Positions 59,701 to 64,000 of a stretch of DNA of 64,000 nucleotides are shown piece after piece. Both the position numbers and the translations under genes were made by a program. Under the pieces are notes generated by a model, which saw nothing but the letters and a program-made list of their open reading frames with translations, did no database searches and had not been told where the DNA came from. Source of the DNA: Hydrurus foetidus (Eukaryota); the NCBI GenBank assembly GCA_900617105.1, contig UYFQ01000001.1, positions 3,534,001-3,598,000 on the forward strand, in the 5' to 3' direction. Numbering within the stretch: position 1 is the stretch's first letter; every line of letters starts with the position of its first letter.

Positions 59701-61406
59701 GCGATAAATCTTTGCGTTTTGTTGTTGCGCTTGATAGAACAGACCAGGTTAAGGCGGAAAAAGAAGTTCAGGAGTATTTGTTTACCGTGCAGCGCGCCGC
59801 CGATGCCGCCCAGGCCATTACATGGCACCAGACGCTGGATGGCACCCTGCAAGAAGTTGCCGATCAGGCCAGAGGGGTAATTGGTGCAGACTTGGCGGTG
59901 GTCAGTCTGGCGTTGGACAGCCATTCTTCAGCCTCCAAGACTGTCGTTTCGCTGTCAGAAAAATATGCGGCATACCGTGAAATGGCCAAGACAAGCTACG
60001 AGTCCTGCCTTTGCGCTATGGTGTCTGAAAGTAACCGCGCTGTCCGGATGACGCAGGCCGAGCTTGAGTCGCACCCGCAATGGCGCAGCTACAGTGACTA
60101 CGCACTCACCCTCCCAGCCATTCGCGGCTGGCTGGCAGTACCGCTGGTAAGCCTTAACGGTAAAAATATGGGCGTGCTCCAGCTGTCAGGCAAATACGAA
60201 GGCGATTTCACGCAGCAGGATGAATACGTGGCTATCGAGCTGGCCCAAATGGCATCCATAGCCATAAAAAACGTCCACCTCATAGAGGAAGTCGGCCAGC
60301 TCAATTCCGGTTTGGAGCAAAAAGTCGCCGAGCGTACAGTGGCATTGGCGCGCCAAGAGGCTTTGTTTCGAGCGCTCGCAGAGCAGGCACCCCAAGTTGT
60401 ATGGACCATCAACCCTGAGGGGGCCGTCACCTATTTCAACCGGGCTTGGGTTGACCTGGTAGGCGGTAATCCACAGGACTGGGCAGGTACCCGGTGGTTT
60501 GATGCCATGCACCCAGAAGATCTGCCAGCCATTCGGGCCACCTGGAAAGTCGCCGTGGCTGAAGGCGCGCCTTTTGTTGGCATACGCCGCGTGCGTGCCA
60601 AAAACGGCAGCTATCACACCATGTCCTATCGTGCCTCGCCCGTGCTTGATAATCATGGTGAGGTCTCGTTTTGGGTCGGCATTGACGCAGATATCACCGA
60701 GGTTAAGGCCATTGAGGCGGCTTTGCGTCTGTCCAACGAGGAGCTAGAGGCATTTTCCTACTCGGTCTCGCATGATTTGCGCTCACCGCTGAACACGATT
60801 GATGGTTTCAGCCGCTTGTTGTCCAAGCAGCTGGGCACAGAGGTCAGCGGCAAAGAAAAGCACTTCCTGTCGCGCATCCAGGCTGGGGTTGCGCAAATGG
60901 GCAAACTGATTGAGGACCTGCTTTCGCTGGCGCAGGTGTCACGCGTGCAGCTGCAAAATGAAGCCGTCGACCTGTCTGCCCTCTGCCACCGCATTGCTGA
61001 GGAATCGCAAGCGCGCAATCCAGACCGGGATGTTGCCGTGCACATTGAAAGCGGTCTTCATGCACATGGCGACAGCGGCCTGATCCTCATCGTTCTGGAA
61101 AATCTGTTGGGTAATGCCTGGAAGTTCACCTCTCACCTAGAGCACGCGACGGTCCATGTCGGCCAAAAAGCGGATGCCGTTGGGCTGCCCGTGTTTTTCG
61201 TCACCGACAACGGCGTAGGGTTCGACATGGCCTATGCCGACAAGCTTTTTGTGGCTTTCCAACGTTTGCATCTGGCTTCTGAATTCCCAGGTACCGGTAT
61301 TGGCCTTGCAACTGTCAGCCGCGCCATCGCCCGACATGGCGGGCTGCTTTGGGCGGAGGCTGCTGTCGGGAAGGGCGCAACCTTCTTTTTCACTTTGCCA
61401 CGATAA
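56730..61406 (+). CDS. Large sensor histidine kinase (Cache-HAMP-multiple PAS-GAF-PAS-HisKA-HATPase)
   Basis: Two TMs, DREYF, several PAS/PAC ends (DITE, DITS, DITQ), GAF (GWLAVPL), SHDLRSPL, NAWKF, FQRLH, GTGIGLA. Confidence 0.93.
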   Translation: MKVFTSLRSLLVGLVVAAITPLFVFSVIRSIANTERDLATAQRDVEFTATAVAHTQERVADSARQLLVSVASVPKLVDLAGGRCADYFRALGEVLPGYTNIGVISANGNLLCHAVVTGVGDYVGDREYFQAALARDGFVASGYLVGRVSKKPLVAFALPIKDAQGRATAVAFAALDFHELAKAVGDIKLTPGSHLIIMDRAGIVLAENIKPSTAVGKLVDNPLLLKAIQSGAQGILKGPDSNGTPKIYALAQTTPASDSAFFVAVGIDTAAMVGQARRDLALELIVLLLVTALGGLMAWMMGGRVIIKPTLKVLEATRDIQSGRLDARIPIVGGPDHELVMISVGFNQMADTLQQRETDLILELSRSEQAWETLDLVVNSLQDGLIAVDSQARILLINASACRVFDLDFSITPVSGLWPQRLGLFVPGTNDLYALEDLPLYKALQGESGGPQHIWVKNYVVPEGRLISVRYQPMSDRRGEAGGLMVFSDITELDKLQQEQAKSYAALRESQRRLLDAQRMGRIGHWEFDHASQRLTWSDEVYTLWGVTPDSFDGRFETVLERIHPIDRAKFKQDSEEAMRNHLELDHEFRVVTPQGQVRWLHQISKTHVNEEGVAVYRAGVGQDITERKQSELALARSTDLLQRTGEMALIGGWELAFDPLTTHWTDEIFRIFECDPADGMSWRQAMRFFAPEAQPGLRKALRAVMANGTPWDIELTLITAKGRRIWVRTQGERVYVRGRLVGLSGALQDITSQHNVIEQLRLLETCVSRLNDIVLITEAEPLNDPGPRIVFVNDAFERRTGYSREEVMGKSPRLLQGPKTQRAELDRIDAALKKWQPVRSELINYTKNGEEFWIELDIVPVANESGWYTHWVAVERDITQRKLAEQALTDSEQRHVALFETAPVPMWVADTQTGRFLIVNSAASQAYGYTIEQMLSMTLDDIRPESEHARLRKALAEVVPGSERERTSLHRRKDGSIFPVSLFASLVQYGDKSLRFVVALDRTDQVKAEKEVQEYLFTVQRAADAAQAITWHQTLDGTLQEVADQARGVIGADLAVVSLALDSHSSASKTVVSLSEKYAAYREMAKTSYESCLCAMVSESNRAVRMTQAELESHPQWRSYSDYALTLPAIRGWLAVPLVSLNGKNMGVLQLSGKYEGDFTQQDEYVAIELAQMASIAIKNVHLIEEVGQLNSGLEQKVAERTVALARQEALFRALAEQAPQVVWTINPEGAVTYFNRAWVDLVGGNPQDWAGTRWFDAMHPEDLPAIRATWKVAVAEGAPFVGIRRVRAKNGSYHTMSYRASPVLDNHGEVSFWVGIDADITEVKAIEAALRLSNEELEAFSYSVSHDLRSPLNTIDGFSRLLSKQLGTEVSGKEKHFLSRIQAGVAQMGKLIEDLLSLAQVSRVQLQNEAVDLSALCHRIAEESQARNPDRDVAVHIESGLHAHGDSGLILIVLENLLGNAWKFTSHLEHATVHVGQKADAVGLPVFFVTDNGVGFDMAYADKLFVAFQRLHLASEFPGTGIGLATVSRAIARHGGLLWAEAAVGKGATFFFTLPR

Positions 61407-61516
61407 CTAGCAAATCTTGAATTAAAAATAGTTCAAATTGTGTTGAGGTAATCGTTGAATTGAGTAAAATGACAAAAATGATAATTTCGTCGTTTTGAAT
61501 AATGAGCAAAGATTAG

Positions 61517-62254
61517 ATGCAAAAATCTTTTGAAGACGCCATCACCGCGCCAGACTTTTCAAGCGACGACTATTGCGGGACGAGCTACGCCGCAAGCCTG
61601 CTGGGTTTGTCGGTTGCCACCGTTCAGTCGCTGGTTGAAAAAGGCGAGATTGAGGCCTGGAAAACACTGGGTGGCCACCGTCGGATTGCTCTGCAATCTA
61701 TACAGAACTACTTGGCCAATAACAGTCGCAAGCTGCTGGTGACACAAGCTGATCCGCAAAATCGGCTGCGTGTTCTGCTGGTAGAAGACGATGAGCCAAC
61801 GCGGGAGCTGTACCAGCTCGAGTTTGAGTCCTGGAACCTGCCCGTTGACTGCACCTTGATGTCTTCTGCCATGGAGGCGTTGATGGATATTGCCAGCATG
61901 CGCCCTGACTTGCTCATTACCGACTTGTCCATGCCCGGCGTGGACGGCTTTGAGATGCTCAAAGCATTAAAGCGCAACATTGAATTGGCAGACATGCAGG
62001 TCATTGTGATCAGCGGTTTGCCGCGACAGTCGTTTGAATCACGTGGCGGGTTTCCGGAAGACGCTTTCATGCTGCAAAAACCGATCAACTTTGACTGGTT
62101 GCAGGGGTTCATGAGCGCCATGGTCGCGTCGAAACGGAAAAAACTACAGCAGATAGACCGTACCAAATTGCGTGTAATTCGCAAAGTGGTTTCTCGTACT
62201 GGTGCATTACGAGGCCGTTCAGCTTCCCGGCAGGCGATTACATCATCGCAGTGA
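61517..62254 (+). CDS. Excisionase-like (HTH_17) DNA-binding response regulator
   Basis: AASLLGLSVATVQSLVEKGEIEAWKTLGGHRRI followed by REC (VEDD, TDLSMP, QKP). Confidence 0.88.
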   Translation: MQKSFEDAITAPDFSSDDYCGTSYAASLLGLSVATVQSLVEKGEIEAWKTLGGHRRIALQSIQNYLANNSRKLLVTQADPQNRLRVLLVEDDEPTRELYQLEFESWNLPVDCTLMSSAMEALMDIASMRPDLLITDLSMPGVDGFEMLKALKRNIELADMQVIVISGLPRQSFESRGGFPEDAFMLQKPINFDWLQGFMSAMVASKRKKLQQIDRTKLRVIRKVVSRTGALRGRSASRQAITSSQ

Positions 62255-63774
62255 GCAACCTGGAAGTGCTGGGCATAAAAGAGCTACTTTCGCTAGGCCC
62301 GCATGGGCTGGCTGGCCCGTTGCCGCCCAAATCGTGGAACACACTGGATTTGAGCCAGGACGGCATTGTGCTGCTCAACAGCGCGGGGCACATCATGGAA
62401 ATAAACGTTGAAGCGCGCAGACTCCTGAACTGTGTGGATACCGATTTGGCGGGCTGTGATTTTTGGGAAGCCGTATTGCCCGGCGTCGCAGAGCAGCATC
62501 AACTTGCCACGGTTGATGCCACAGGGCGATTGGAAAAGCACTCGTTTGTAGTGCACAGCGAGTTTGAAGGCGATTGGCTGGAATACACTTTCAGGCCGTA
62601 CCCGCCAGGATATGTGGTTAATCTGAGGGATGTCACGTCACTACAAAGCCTGCAACTCGTGATAGCTCAAAGCGAGCTCGCCAACCGCTTGCTGTTCAAG
62701 TCAAATCCCAATGCCATGTGGGTTTTCGATATGGCCTCGCTGCAGGTTCTGGCCGTCAATCAGGCCGCCATCGACTTTTACTGCATTTCGAAAAGCAACT
62801 TTTTGACCCTCAAGGCGGGGGCGCTTTTTCCGGATGGTTCAGGTGCTGCGCTGCTTAGCTCAGTGCGCAGCGCAAGCGTTGCCAGTGTGGCGCTGCAGAT
62901 TTGCAGACAGGTCAAAGGTGATGGGTCGGTGGTGTTGGTTGAACTGGCCTGCGCACGCGTCACCTGGCCTGATCAACATGCGATCTTGGTCAGCCTCGCG
63001 GATGTGACAGAACGCCACCTTTCTGACCGCGCGTTGCGCCATGAAAACTTAGAGTTACAGCGAAAGCTTGCCGAACAAGGCGATGCGCTGAAGAACGCTC
63101 TTCGCGATGTGGCTGCCATGACCTATGGGTTATCTCATGATCTGCAAGTGCCGCTGCATGCAGCCAACGGGTTCGCTTCCATATTAGTGGAAAAGTATGG
63201 CGTACTGCTGGACGATGCTGGGCGTCATTACATTGACCGCATTCAAGCCAGCACACGAAAAATGTCTGAAATGGTGGACGACCTGTATACGCTGGTGGAG
63301 CTGCCGCAGTTGGCAGGCGAGCTTGAAAAAATCGACGTGAGCCACTTGTGTGTTGCCATCATGCAAGATCTGCGTGCCCGGCACCCCGACCGTGCTGTGA
63401 CAGTCGAAACGCAAACGGGAAATTACATCACTGCCAACAGACGACTGCTGGTGACAGCCATGGCTTGCCTACTTGAAAACGCATGGAAATTCACGGCTAA
63501 AAAATCTGACGGGTGGATAAAGGTGGCTGTGGTTTCTGGAGACAAGCCTGACGAGCTGGTGTTGCAGGTCTCGGATAACGGTGTGGGTTTTGATGCTGCC
63601 TACAGCGATAAACTTTTCATGGCGTTTCAACGGCTGCATTCGTCGGCTGATTTCCCCGGCAACGGCCTGGGGCTAGTCACCGTCAAGCGAATAGCCGAAA
63701 AACATGGTGGCCGGGTGTGGGCAGAATCTGCACCAGCCGGAGCCAGCTTTTTCATGGCTTTGCCGCAGGCCTAG
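62251..63774 (+). CDS. Cytoplasmic PAS-PAS sensor histidine kinase
   Basis: Two PAS domains, SHDLQVPL, NAWKF, FQRLH, GNGLGL; start uncertain. Confidence 0.9.
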   Translation: MSNLEVLGIKELLSLGPHGLAGPLPPKSWNTLDLSQDGIVLLNSAGHIMEINVEARRLLNCVDTDLAGCDFWEAVLPGVAEQHQLATVDATGRLEKHSFVVHSEFEGDWLEYTFRPYPPGYVVNLRDVTSLQSLQLVIAQSELANRLLFKSNPNAMWVFDMASLQVLAVNQAAIDFYCISKSNFLTLKAGALFPDGSGAALLSSVRSASVASVALQICRQVKGDGSVVLVELACARVTWPDQHAILVSLADVTERHLSDRALRHENLELQRKLAEQGDALKNALRDVAAMTYGLSHDLQVPLHAANGFASILVEKYGVLLDDAGRHYIDRIQASTRKMSEMVDDLYTLVELPQLAGELEKIDVSHLCVAIMQDLRARHPDRAVTVETQTGNYITANRRLLVTAMACLLENAWKFTAKKSDGWIKVAVVSGDKPDELVLQVSDNGVGFDAAYSDKLFMAFQRLHSSADFPGNGLGLVTVKRIAEKHGGRVWAESAPAGASFFMALPQA

Positions 63775-63784
63775 CCGGTGCGCG

Positions 63785-64000
63785 TCAGTCGCCCAGCCCG
63801 GTAAAGCGGTACACGGCGTCTAACCCAAGCTTGCGCTGCAACTTCCCCTCAAACCAAAGCAAATGCAAATGCGCCAGCGCCTCGCCCATGGCGAACGTCG
63901 TTTGGTGCAAGTCCAGTTCACGCTTGAACATGATCGGCAAAATATCTGCCGCGCTGCATGGGCTTAAGGCACATGCATCCATCACCTCTGCCAGCCGGTC
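63785..64000 (-). CDS. C-terminus of an MBL-fold metallo-hydrolase (truncated by window edge)
   Basis: FKRELDLHQTTFAMGEALAHL C-terminal winged-helix segment. Confidence 0.7.
   Translation of the reverse strand, partial: DRLAEVMDACALSPCSAADILPIMFKRELDLHQTTFAMGEALAHLHLLWFEGKLQRKLGLDAVYRFTGLGD

Noticed and set aside
56730..61406. Large kinase as a bacteriophytochrome
   Set aside because: Kinase core is of that family, but there is no N-terminal PAS-GAF-PHY module or DIP motif
61517..62254. Excisionase-like domain as evidence of a prophage or ICE
   Set aside because: Fused to a REC domain in a signalling cluster; no integrase, att site or phage genes seen

Overview
64-kb chromosomal window from a betaproteobacterium of the Comamonadaceae (16S and gene content look Polaromonas-like; genus is my reading, not a search result). 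Left to right: partial Bug/TctC binding protein, ClsC-like phospholipase D, uup, a complete rRNA operon (three tandem promoters, 16S, tRNA-Ile, tRNA-Ala, 23S, 5S, terminator), two heavily decayed pseudogenes (acyl-CoA ligase, MBL-fold hydrolase), a Tat-protein/GMC oxidoreductase/hydrolase cluster, an atypical REC-cyclase plus hybrid kinase, phhA-hppD-Lrp, and the core block corC-lnt-glyQ-(ABM)-glyS-gmhB-plsC-M48 peptidase. The right half (~33-63.8 kb) is a Wzx/Wzy-type exopolysaccharide locus that also encodes an LruC-type secreted protein plus lipoprotein, Hpt and STAS proteins, a Tat glycoside hydrolase and an apparent pseudo-enzyme fusion, followed by five two-component genes. Main leads: (1) a syp/bmp-like biofilm-matrix system with a shared promoter motif, and (2) a ~55-bp dispersed element (11 copies, 6 inside genes) whose variation pattern looks like a protein-binding DNA site. 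All family assignments come from motif recognition, with no database searches run.
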